Positions 42,230 through 50,313 of a stretch of DNA of 64,000 nt are shown here, piece by piece. Source of the DNA: Selenomonadaceae bacterium (lineage in GTDB: Bacteria > Bacillota > Negativicutes > Selenomonadales > Selenomonadaceae). The stretch is taken from NCBI GenBank assembly GCA_017444295.1, contig JAFSWY010000172.1:7548-71547 (forward strand), written 5' to 3'. The position numbers and the translations under genes are program-made. The first letter of the stretch is position 1. The number at the start of each line of letters is the position of its first letter. Below the pieces are notes generated by a model. It saw nothing but the letters and a program-made list of their open reading frames with translations, had not been told where the DNA came from and ran no database searches.

Positions 42230-44008
42230 CTATTCATTCTTTTCTGGAGTTTTGGGTTCAACGATACTCACATGATTCTTCCCTTGATGCTTTTTGGCAT
42301 CATACAGTGCCCCATCCGCGCGGCTGAAGAGGCTCGCAGCATCATCCTCCGATGTCGCCTCGGTAACGCCAATGCTCGTGGTGATATGCTTCCCGTCCGG
42401 CAGGAAGTCCACTCCTGATACGTTTTGACGCACACGTTCGGCAATCTTGGCTGCGGCATTCACATCAATCCCTGCGAGAATGACGAAAAATTCATCCCCG
42501 CCCCAGCGTCCCGGCGCATCCATACGCCTGGTATTCTTGCGGAGCACATCCGCCACGAGTTTCAGCGCCTCATCCCCAACGGCATGCCCATAATTGTCAT
42601 TGATTCCCTTGAAATTGTCAATATCCATCATGATGACCGACAAGGGCTGCCGGGATACCTTGGAAATCTCCAGGGAACGCTCCAATACCGCTTCCAGCTC
42701 GCCACGGTTCAGCAATGCCGTCAGGCGGTCCATCTGCGCCAGCTGTGCCAATCCCTGGTTCACGGTCTCCAGTTCCTGGGAAGTCGCCTTGATGAAATGC
42801 ACCATATGCCGCATGACATGTGTCTGCCAGCTGAACTTCGTCCGAGTGGGCGGCAGTGGATCCGCGAGCTTCTCCGTGGGCTCGCCTTCCCGCATGCCCA
42901 AAAGCTCCAATGTCATATTGGAGATGAAAAGCTCCTTCCCCTCGCGGCGAAGTTCGCCAAAGGAATAGAACCCCGAAAAGGGGGCGAGTTCACGGCAGGC
43001 ATCCATCTCCGCACCGATATCCGCACCGAGCAGGAACCATCTCGCCACACAGCTTGTCAGGAAAATCCCCTGGGGACGGAACAGCCGCATCTTCTTCCGC
43101 AGTGCACGAGCCTTCTCGAGAATGCCCTCCGGGTCGCCATAGGCAAAATGCAGGTGATCCCCCACCCGGATATTTGCATTGAACACCACGGCACCATCAC
43201 TGCGGCAGCTGCGGGGATGCCTTGCCAGCGTCTTTTCCCCGCGCTCGAAGTAAACGGGAAAGGTCAGTGCCTCCCAGGAAAAGTCCTCGTTGTTCTTGAT
43301 GCCCAGATATTTTTCATAGGCCTTTATGGCCGGAGCATTGTCGATCTCCGTAACGACGCAGGAACCGTCCATTCCCGTGACAACCATATCCCTGCCCAGG
43401 ATTTCCCATCCAAAGCTCTCCAGGGAATTCACATGCAGATCTTTTCCACGCAAAACAAGGGCTGCCACTCCGGAGGTTATGACATCATCCGCTGTAAAGA
43501 CACACCCTTGATGTCCCAAATAGTCCTCATCGGTCATGCCGCCGAAAAACTGGATTTCTTTGGGAGCCTCTGACAGTTTCTCCAGGATGTCCAATATGTT
43601 CAGGCTGCTGTCTACGAGCAGCAAGCCCACTGCCTTGACATCTTCCATTCCCCGCAGGCGCTCCAACAGGGACTGCCCGATTTCCCCGCTGCTCAGGAAG
43701 CGGCTCGGAAATGCCACCACCTCTGCGCTGGCTTCCTCAAAGAGGCTAAAGGACACAGAAACACCCTGCTCAATAATGAAGTCATCTGCAACACTCAGTG
43801 CTGTAAATCCTCCAATGATGTGCGCATCCGGCAGGAACCCATGGAGCTTCTGCACCATGTCCTCCATGTTCACACGCTTCACCTTCGTGCCGAACACGGT
43901 AACGAGAATCGAGGAAATCACAGGAATCTTTGCCATTTTCCGGCTGGCATCCTGCAGCATATCCATAAACTCGTCATTGGTCCTCACCACATACGACAGT
44001 TGTTTCAT
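42230..44008 (-). CDS. FIST-N/FIST-C sensor diguanylate cyclase
   Basis: Intact GGDEF (RWGGDEFFVIL) and DNFKGINDNYGHAVGDEALK. The N-terminal two thirds are FIST-like. The start was trimmed to ATG 44008 (AAGGAGG upstream). Confidence 0.85.
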   Translation of the reverse strand: MKQLSYVVRTNDEFMDMLQDASRKMAKIPVISSILVTVFGTKVKRVNMEDMVQKLHGFLPDAHIIGGFTALSVADDFIIEQGVSVSFSLFEEASAEVVAFPSRFLSSGEIGQSLLERLRGMEDVKAVGLLLVDSSLNILDILEKLSEAPKEIQFFGGMTDEDYLGHQGCVFTADDVITSGVAALVLRGKDLHVNSLESFGWEILGRDMVVTGMDGSCVVTEIDNAPAIKAYEKYLGIKNNEDFSWEALTFPVYFERGEKTLARHPRSCRSDGAVVFNANIRVGDHLHFAYGDPEGILEKARALRKKMRLFRPQGIFLTSCVARWFLLGADIGAEMDACRELAPFSGFYSFGELRREGKELFISNMTLELLGMREGEPTEKLADPLPPTRTKFSWQTHVMRHMVHFIKATSQELETVNQGLAQLAQMDRLTALLNRGELEAVLERSLEISKVSRQPLSVIMMDIDNFKGINDNYGHAVGDEALKLVADVLRKNTRRMDAPGRWGGDEFFVILAGIDVNAAAKIAERVRQNVSGVDFLPDGKHITTSIGVTEATSEDDAASLFSRADGALYDAKKHQGKNHVSIVEPKTPEKNE

Positions 44009-44098
44009 TTCGTCACCTCCTTGTCTTTGCAAGCAAAAGAGTCTCACAGGTATCTTATCACAACACAAAAATATGTCAAGATTGCCCAATCTATAAGC

Positions 44099-44196
44099 AA
44101 ACTCCGTGCGAAACTGTGTTTCGCACTACGCCCTTACACGAAATCTAAAGCTCATCTGCGTCCTGTGGACTTGATTCGCTAAGATTTCATAGTAAA
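44099..44196 (-). repeat. 97-nt structured intergenic element, copy 2 (inverted relative to copy 1)
   Basis: See 35980-36076. It lies between the kor terminator and the FIST-GGDEF promoter (TTGACA, 16 nt, TAAGAT on the minus strand). Confidence 0.8.
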
Positions 44197-44231
44197 CGGG
44201 AGGTTCCCCCCACGGAAGACCTCCCATATCG

Positions 44232-44762
44232 CTATTTCTTTGCAGCGGCATCCCAGCCCGTCTGCAATGCCTTCATATTCTGTTCCACCGTATGGGGCGG
44301 CACACGATGAGCCACGGACTGTTTGACCGTCTCGAAATTCACCAGGTCCGTGAGGCGTGCAATTGCCCCCAATGCCACGATATTGGCAAAGAGCGCCTTG
44401 CCCACCTGCTCCACCGCCAGCTTCGTGATGGGGATGCGGATGACATTCGGGAAATCCGGCGGCTCGGGCACGAGATCGGTATCGAGCACCAGAAGCCCAT
44501 CCGGATTCAAATCCGTATAGTATTTATCAGCGGCCTTCTGCGTCATGGCGAGGACGATATCGGGCTGCTCCACATGGGGATGATAGATGGGCGCATCATC
44601 GATGATGACCTCGGCCTTCGAGGCCCCGCCGCGTGCCTCCGGCCCGTAGGACTGGGACTGTGCCGCTTCCTTGCCCTCTGCCACGGCGGCCTCGGCAAAG
44701 ATGATAGCCGCCGTAATCACGCCCTGCCCGCCGGAGCCGGACAACCTGAGCTGTTTTCTCAT
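44232..44762 (-). CDS. korC: 2-oxoacid:ferredoxin oxidoreductase gamma subunit
   Basis: LSGSGGQGVITAA...YGPEARGG. Confidence 0.9.
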   Translation of the reverse strand: MRKQLRLSGSGGQGVITAAIIFAEAAVAEGKEAAQSQSYGPEARGGASKAEVIIDDAPIYHPHVEQPDIVLAMTQKAADKYYTDLNPDGLLVLDTDLVPEPPDFPNVIRIPITKLAVEQVGKALFANIVALGAIARLTDLVNFETVKQSVAHRVPPHTVEQNMKALQTGWDAAAKK

Positions 44763-45583
44763 GACTTCGTTCCCCCTATCCTCTGAATGAGCCCCTCATA
44801 GGCATCGCCGTAATCTTCATAGCTGCTGTCGAGGAAGACACCGATGGGGAATTTCTCGTCGGTCTTCTGCTCCTCCGGCATCTTGTCCCATGCCGCTTTC
44901 ATGACAGCGTTGTCGCGCATCCAGGCCAGCATGTCGGCAGGGCTTCCCATCTTGTTCTTGCGCCCGTAAGCCGTGGGGCATTGCACCACGGCCTCGATGA
45001 AGGAGAATCCCTTGTTCCGGATGCCGCCGGCAATCATGTCCGTGAGGTGCTTCACATGGAAGGCTGTGGAACGTGCCACATAGGTGGCCCCCGCCGCCCC
45101 TGCCAGATCGCAGGCATTGAAGGGCCGGTCCACGGAGCCGTAAGGCGCAGTGGTGGCCTTCTTGCCCGTTGGAGTCATGGGAGATGCCTGGCCGCCCGTC
45201 ATGCCGTAGATGTTGTTGTCGAAGAGCACCACCGTAAGGTCCACATTCCTGCGGCAGCCGTGGATGAAATGGTTGCCGCCGATGGCGGTGCAATCGCCGT
45301 CCCCCGTGATGACGATGACATTGAGCTCGGGATTGGCGAGCTTCACGCCTGTGGCGAAGGGTATGGCGCGGCCATGGGCCGTGTGCAGGGTGTCAAAGTC
45401 CATGTAGCCGGAGGCGCGGGAAGAGCAGCCGATGCCGGACACGATGACGGTGTTGTCCTGGCTGAGCCCCTCTTTCTCGATGGCCTGGACGATGGCCTTC
45501 ATGACAATGCCATTGCCGCAGCCGGGACACCAGAGATGCGGCAGGCGGTTCTGGCGAAAATATTTCTCATAGCTTCTTTCCAT
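44759..45583 (-). CDS. korB: 2-oxoacid:ferredoxin oxidoreductase beta (TPP-binding) subunit
   Basis: WCPGCGNG...SGIGCSSR...GDGD...GGNH. ATG at 45583 overlaps the korA stop (TAATG). Confidence 0.92.
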   Translation of the reverse strand: MERSYEKYFRQNRLPHLWCPGCGNGIVMKAIVQAIEKEGLSQDNTVIVSGIGCSSRASGYMDFDTLHTAHGRAIPFATGVKLANPELNVIVITGDGDCTAIGGNHFIHGCRRNVDLTVVLFDNNIYGMTGGQASPMTPTGKKATTAPYGSVDRPFNACDLAGAAGATYVARSTAFHVKHLTDMIAGGIRNKGFSFIEAVVQCPTAYGRKNKMGSPADMLAWMRDNAVMKAAWDKMPEEQKTDEKFPIGVFLDSSYEDYGDAYEGLIQRIGGTKS

Positions 45584-46725
45584 TACGCATCCCTCCTTGC
45601 ACACATTTCATCAATTGCCGCTTCGATTTCCTTCGGCTCAAAGGATTTCATATTGTACTTCCCGCAGAGTTCCACGAGGCATTTCCCTTGGGCGGCACGG
45701 CGCACCTCATGGACGACCTGCCCGTAGTTGAGTTCTGCCACCAGGATGCCCTTGACCTTTGCAGCCAGCTTCTCAATGACTTTGTCCGCAAAGGGCCAGA
45801 TGGTCATGAGACGCAGGAGGCCGACCTTCTTCCCGGCCCCGCGGGCGTTCCTGACCGCCTCGTAAGCCGTGCGGGCCGTGCCGCCGAAGGCAACCACGGC
45901 ATACTCCGCATCCTCCATGAAATACTCCTCGGTATGGATGATTTCCTCCCCTGCACATGCAATCTTCTCATGCAGGCGGCGAATGGATTCCTCCGTCACC
46001 TTCGGGCTGCCCACAGGGAAGCCCGTGGCATCATGCAAAAGCCCTGTCACATGGATATGGTAGCCCTTGCCGAAGTCTGCCACGTTGGGCACGAGATCCT
46101 CATCGGGCGCATAGGGCTCATAGCCCTCCGCCCGGGTCTTCTTCGGCTTGCGCCGCTCATAGACCTCCACGCTGTCGGGAAGCTCCACCTTCTCGCGAAG
46201 ATGCCCGATGATTTCGTCCATCAGCAGGATAACCGGCGTGCGGAACCGCTCGGAATAGTTCACCGCCATCACCGTGGCATCATAGGTCTCCCGAACGCTC
46301 CAAGGTGCCAGGGCAATCATGGGATGGTCGCCATGGGTTCCCCAGCGCACCTGCATGACATCCGCCTGGGAAGGCGCTGTCGGCTGTCCCGTGGAAGGGC
46401 CCACGCGCTGGACATTCACGAGGACGCAGGGAATCTCCGCGCATGCAGCATAGCCGATGAGCTCCTGCTTCAACGAGAAGCCCGGGCCGGAAGTCGCATC
46501 CATGGATTTCAGTCCTGCAAGGGAGGCCCCAAGAATGGCGCCCATGCTGCCGATCTCGTCCTCCATCTGGATAAATTTCCCGCCATACTGGGGCAAAAGC
46601 TTTGCCATGGTCTCCGCAATCTCTGTGGATGGCGTAATGGGATACCCCGCAAAGAAGCGGACCCCTGCAGCAATCGCGCCCTCCGCGCAGGCCTCATTTC
46701 CCTGCATCAGTCTTGCCTTGCTCAT
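45583..46725 (-). CDS. korA: 2-oxoacid:ferredoxin oxidoreductase alpha subunit
   Basis: MQGNEACAEGAIAAGVRFFAGYPITPSTEI. ATG at 46725 overlaps the korD stop. Confidence 0.92.
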   Translation of the reverse strand: MSKARLMQGNEACAEGAIAAGVRFFAGYPITPSTEIAETMAKLLPQYGGKFIQMEDEIGSMGAILGASLAGLKSMDATSGPGFSLKQELIGYAACAEIPCVLVNVQRVGPSTGQPTAPSQADVMQVRWGTHGDHPMIALAPWSVRETYDATVMAVNYSERFRTPVILLMDEIIGHLREKVELPDSVEVYERRKPKKTRAEGYEPYAPDEDLVPNVADFGKGYHIHVTGLLHDATGFPVGSPKVTEESIRRLHEKIACAGEEIIHTEEYFMEDAEYAVVAFGGTARTAYEAVRNARGAGKKVGLLRLMTIWPFADKVIEKLAAKVKGILVAELNYGQVVHEVRRAAQGKCLVELCGKYNMKSFEPKEIEAAIDEMCARRDA

Positions 46726-46925
46726 TTCGCCGCCTCCTTCTTGTCCACGAAAATCGCGTAATCCGGGCAGCGCAGCTCGCACTGGCCGCAGGCAATGCAC
46801 GCCTCGCCATTCACGACCTGTATCTTGCCCAGTTCATCCACTGCCAGCACCTGCTTGGGGCAAAAGGCAGCGCAAATGCCGCATCCCTTGCACCGTTCCA
46901 GCTTGATGGTGATGTCTGACTTCAT
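46722..46925 (-). CDS. korD: 4Fe-4S ferredoxin-type delta subunit
   Basis: CKGCGICAAFCP and CIACGQCELRCP. ATG at 46925 with GGAGGG upstream. Confidence 0.88.
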   Translation of the reverse strand: MKSDITIKLERCKGCGICAAFCPKQVLAVDELGKIQVVNGEACIACGQCELRCPDYAIFVDKKEAAK

Positions 46926-47028
46926 CGCAGTCCCTCCTATATGCACAAGATTCCATGCGCCATATGCTATTCGCGCATAGAACATATGCCAATCTTGTAA
47001 TACACCATAACATCATAACAGATATGGC

Positions 47029-47058
47029 AAAAAAAATCCACCCTTTTTACAGGATGGA
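47029..47058 (-). terminator. Intrinsic terminator after the small-protein pair
   Basis: Minus strand: CCATCCT-gtaaaa-AGGGTGGA followed by TTTTTTTT. Confidence 0.7.
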
Positions 47059-47078
47059 AATGTATACAAAAAAATGAA

Positions 47079-47219
47079 TCAATCCTTCTTGTCCTCACTA
47101 GTGGGGAAGTATTTTGCCTCCCCACTCTCGATGTAAAGCAGGAACTTGTTGATTTCATCCCCGCTCCATCCTTTGGCCTGAAGCCACAGTATCATCCGTG
47201 CCACTTCCTGCATGTTCAT
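47079..47219 (-). CDS. Unannotated 46-aa protein (below the ORF-track size cutoff)
   Basis: Manual translation: MNMQEVARMILWLQAKGWSGDEINKFLLYIESGEAKYFPTSEDKKD. Ribosome-binding site TAGGAGACGAC. It starts 15 nt after the upstream gene and is followed by a terminator. Confidence 0.5.
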   Translation of the reverse strand: MNMQEVARMILWLQAKGWSGDEINKFLLYIESGEAKYFPTSEDKKD

Positions 47220-47233
47220 GTCGTCTCCTACTT

Positions 47234-47557
47234 TCAAAGTGTTTCATAGCGCGGGTGCTCCTTGACATATTCCACGGGACGCGACCAGTCCACGTGGACC
47301 TGCGTCTCGTTCCAGAGCCTGGTCAAGGCCAGCTTGAAACTCTCCTCATCCGCCAAGGGGTCCACCAGTTCCTTCGTAAAATCCATCAAGGTCTCATGAG
47401 GCACTCCCATCTCGTGCTTCGCTGCCAGATACTCCTCCGTCAGCCGCTTGCCTTCCTCATTCGCCAGCACCACATTCGCCTTCTTCTCCGTCGCACTGTA
47501 CTCGATATATCCCAAATCCCTGCCATAGCTGATTGCCACGCTGTATGTGATCTCCAT
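47234..47557 (-). CDS. Hypothetical 107-aa cytoplasmic protein
   Basis: Acidic and non-repetitive, with a ribosome-binding site. A promoter TTGGCA, 18 nt, TATAAT at 47594-47623 (minus strand) is supplied by the repeat module. Confidence 0.6.
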   Translation of the reverse strand: MEITYSVAISYGRDLGYIEYSATEKKANVVLANEEGKRLTEEYLAAKHEMGVPHETLMDFTKELVDPLADEESFKLALTRLWNETQVHVDWSRPVEYVKEHPRYETL

Positions 47558-47596
47558 CAATGCTCACCCTTCCATAAAATGACCTTTTTGATTATT

Positions 47597-47727
47597 ATAA
47601 CGCAATTGTTCAGGTTTTGCCAACAGCAAAACATTCCGATTAGCGTTTCGACAGGCTTGTCCTGTCATAACAGGTTATAACAGGGGATTCAGATTTTGCC
47701 AAAGGCAAAATATACCCGAATTTTTTC
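47597..47727. repeat. Second locus of the 55-nt promoter-bearing module (two diverged tandem units)
   Basis: ATAACGCAATTGTTCAGGTTTTGCCAACAGCAAAACATTCCGATTAGCGTTTCGAC, then the palindrome GACAGGcttgtCCTGTC, then a second unit containing TTTTGCCAAAGGCAAAA. The architecture matches 23267-23390. Confidence 0.75.
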
Positions 47728-47780
47728 AAGAAATTGCCAAAATTTCTGCCGATATGCCATAAATCCAGTATTGTCAAGAC

Positions 47781-47809
47781 TTGCGCCCACTCTTTTTTTA
47801 TGCTATGAT
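47781..47809 (+). promoter_or_regulatory. Sigma70 promoter of orphan RNA gene 2
   Basis: TTGCGC, 17 nt, TATGAT. Confidence 0.5.
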
Positions 47810-47815
47810 ACTTTT

Positions 47816-48092
47816 AAAGAAGGAACTGCCTGGGATGTGCGTGGACTTTCATATATGTCTAACCTACATTTTTTACAGGGAATCCGATTTGAATCCGACG
47901 GATGCTGGATCGTCCCGAACGAATAGCAGAAAGCGGACTTAGGATACCCACCTGCGAGTCGCAGGTTCTAGACATAAGAGAGGAACGGCATCCTGGACCC
48001 CTTTCTTGGAAGGGATTGCTGACAGATATGGCAGTCCCTTTTCTCGACACTTTCAAAGAACAGCCCTGCTATTTGTCCGGGGCTGTTTTTTT
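47816..48092 (+). ncRNA. Candidate structured small RNA, about 275 nt, family unknown
   Basis: No credible ORF. The 5-prime segment 47816-47830 pairs with 48030-48044 (13 of 15 bp). Further nested helices: 47851-47859/48021-48029 and 47900-47905/47988-47993. Twelve GGA triplets. Strong terminator CAGCCC...GGGGCTG plus T7 at 48061-48092. Confidence 0.45.
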
Positions 48093-48101
48093 GCGCTTTT
48101 A

Positions 48102-50300
48102 TCAAATCTCCTGCGCCAGCCGTTCCGCCAACAGCGTATAGCGTTTCCTCGTGCGGTCGTTCATCACTGCCGTATGGAGTGCCGCCCGGGAGCCCAGAAG
48201 AATCACGAGTTTCTTTGCCCGCGTCACTGCCGTGTAAAGCAGATTCCTCTGGAGCATGATATGGTGGCCGGGCACGAGAGGCAGGAGAATGACGGGATAC
48301 TCGCTGCCCTGGCTCTTGTGGACGCTCATGGCATAGGCCAGCTGCAGCTCGACAAGCTCGCTCCGCTCGTAGTCCACCGCCTGCTCCTCGCTGTAGCGCA
48401 CGGTGACATGGTCTTCCTCCATCGCGGTGATAAACCCGATATCCCCGTTGAACACCTGCTTCGTGTAATTGTTCTTCGTCTGCATGACCTTGTCCCCCAG
48501 GCGAAAGACCTGGACACTGTTCACGAACTCCGGTTTCTCCGGCGACCTCGGGTTGAGTGCTGCCTGCAGGCGGCGGTTGAGGCTATCCACCCCGCAGTCC
48601 TGCCGATGCATGGGGGAAAGCACCTGCACATCGGACAGGGGCGAAAATCCCATGCGCGGCAAAACACCGGTGCAAAGCTCCACGATCATGTCCGCCGTCC
48701 CGGCAGAATCATTGTTCTCAAGGAAGCGGAAATCCCCCTGGAGCGAGCATTGGGGAAGCCTCCCCCCATTGATAGCATGGGCGTTCAATACAATGGTGCC
48801 CGCCCCGTCCTGCCGAAAGACCTCGGTCAGGCAGACGCTTGGGATGACACGGGAACGCAGGATATCCTTGAGCACAGAGCCTGGACCTACCGCCGGCAGC
48901 TGGTCGACATCCCCCACGAGGATCACATGGCACCCATCGGGCACGGCCTCCAGGAAATGCTGCATGAGAACGATATCCATCATGGAAACCTCGTCCAATA
49001 TGATGGCATCCGCCTCCAACTGTTCCTCGGAATCCCTGGCGAACACGGAACCCCCGTCCTGCTGCCCGCCGCCCTGGGCCTCCAGGAGGCGGTGCACCGT
49101 CATCGCCCTGCGTCCTGTCGCCTCTGCCAGACGCTTCGCCGCCCGTCCCGTCGGTGCCCCCAACAGGATTTCCAGCCCCTGGGCCTCCAGCATCTCAAGC
49201 ATCCCCCGAACCACCGTGGTCTTGCCCGTGCCCGGGCCTCCCGTAAGCACAAAGATCCCATGCACCAAAACGGATGCCATGGCCTCCCTTTGCTTGCCGG
49301 CAAGCTCCATTCCCGTGTTTCTTTCCCATTCCTCCACGAGACGATAGGGATCTTCCACTGCCAGGGGCTCCGCCGCCCTTTGCAGATAAAGCAGCTTCTC
49401 CGCTGTCTTTTTCTCCGCAACATAGAGCCAGGAAGGATAGACAAGATTTTTCCCGCCCATGTATTCCACTGCCAGACGGTTCAAGGACAACTGTTTCTTC
49501 AAAACCTCCCGAACATTTTCAGCATCCACCTGCAAGAGTTTGGCTGCCCTTTCCACCAGGGCACCATCGGGAATGCAGCAATGCCCCGAAAGGGAAATCT
49601 GCTGCAGGGCGTAATCAATCCCCGCAGCAACCCGCGCCCCATCGTTTTTCTCCACACCGATGCTGGCGGCGATGGCATCTGCCGTCAAAAAACCGATGCC
49701 ATCCACCTCCTGGGCCAGCTGGTAGGGATGGTTTTCCAGCACATCAATGGCAAAGGAACTGTACTGCTTGAAGATGCGCGCTGCATAGGAGCCGGACACG
49801 CCATGTTCCTCCAGCCACAGCATGATGTCCCGGAGCTCCGACTGCTGCCGGTAGGATGCCGCAATCTTTTCCGCCGTTTTTTTCCCGATGCCGGGAACCT
49901 GCTCCAGGAGACGGGGCTTCTTTTCGATGATATCCAGGGTGTCCGCGCCAAACTTTGCCACGAGCTTCTGCGCCATGACCGGGCCGACACCGTCGATGAC
50001 GCCGGAGGCAAGAAATCTTTCGATGCCCTCCACGCTGGTGGGAGCCGCAATCCTCATGCCCGTCGCCCTGAACTGGTCGCCAAAGCGCGGATGCACCACC
50101 CACTGCCCCCTGAGAGACACCTGCTGTCCCACCAGAGGCGGCACCGAACTCACTGTGACATTCACGCGCCCGTGCTGTTTCAAGGGGCGCAGGCGGAACA
50201 CGGAAAACCTGCCGTCATCGCTGGCAAAGACAATGCTGTCCACAACCCCCTCAAGCTCCTCTGCCGTTTCCATTCCCGGCAGGGCATCCTGCGTCACCAT
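48102..50300 (-). CDS. recD2: RecD2-type ATP-dependent DNA helicase
   Basis: LTGGPGTGKTT, DEVSMMD, the C-terminal SVHKSQGSEYPVIL...YTAVTRAK, and HhH motifs in the N-terminal half. Confidence 0.93.
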   Translation of the reverse strand: MVTQDALPGMETAEELEGVVDSIVFASDDGRFSVFRLRPLKQHGRVNVTVSSVPPLVGQQVSLRGQWVVHPRFGDQFRATGMRIAAPTSVEGIERFLASGVIDGVGPVMAQKLVAKFGADTLDIIEKKPRLLEQVPGIGKKTAEKIAASYRQQSELRDIMLWLEEHGVSGSYAARIFKQYSSFAIDVLENHPYQLAQEVDGIGFLTADAIAASIGVEKNDGARVAAGIDYALQQISLSGHCCIPDGALVERAAKLLQVDAENVREVLKKQLSLNRLAVEYMGGKNLVYPSWLYVAEKKTAEKLLYLQRAAEPLAVEDPYRLVEEWERNTGMELAGKQREAMASVLVHGIFVLTGGPGTGKTTVVRGMLEMLEAQGLEILLGAPTGRAAKRLAEATGRRAMTVHRLLEAQGGGQQDGGSVFARDSEEQLEADAIILDEVSMMDIVLMQHFLEAVPDGCHVILVGDVDQLPAVGPGSVLKDILRSRVIPSVCLTEVFRQDGAGTIVLNAHAINGGRLPQCSLQGDFRFLENNDSAGTADMIVELCTGVLPRMGFSPLSDVQVLSPMHRQDCGVDSLNRRLQAALNPRSPEKPEFVNSVQVFRLGDKVMQTKNNYTKQVFNGDIGFITAMEEDHVTVRYSEEQAVDYERSELVELQLAYAMSVHKSQGSEYPVILLPLVPGHHIMLQRNLLYTAVTRAKKLVILLGSRAALHTAVMNDRTRKRYTLLAERLAQEI

Positions 50301-50313
50301 GAATGCTCCCCTT

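Noticed and set aside
47833-47940. A 35-codon ORF (ATG 47835, MCVDFHICLTYIFYRESDLNPTDAGSSRTNSRKRT) inside the orphan RNA at 47816-48092, with a GAAGGA 10 nt upstream.
   Set aside because: The peptide composition is implausible, and the ORF sits within extensive predicted RNA pairing. It cannot be excluded without ribosome profiling, so the region is reported as an RNA candidate with moderate confidence.
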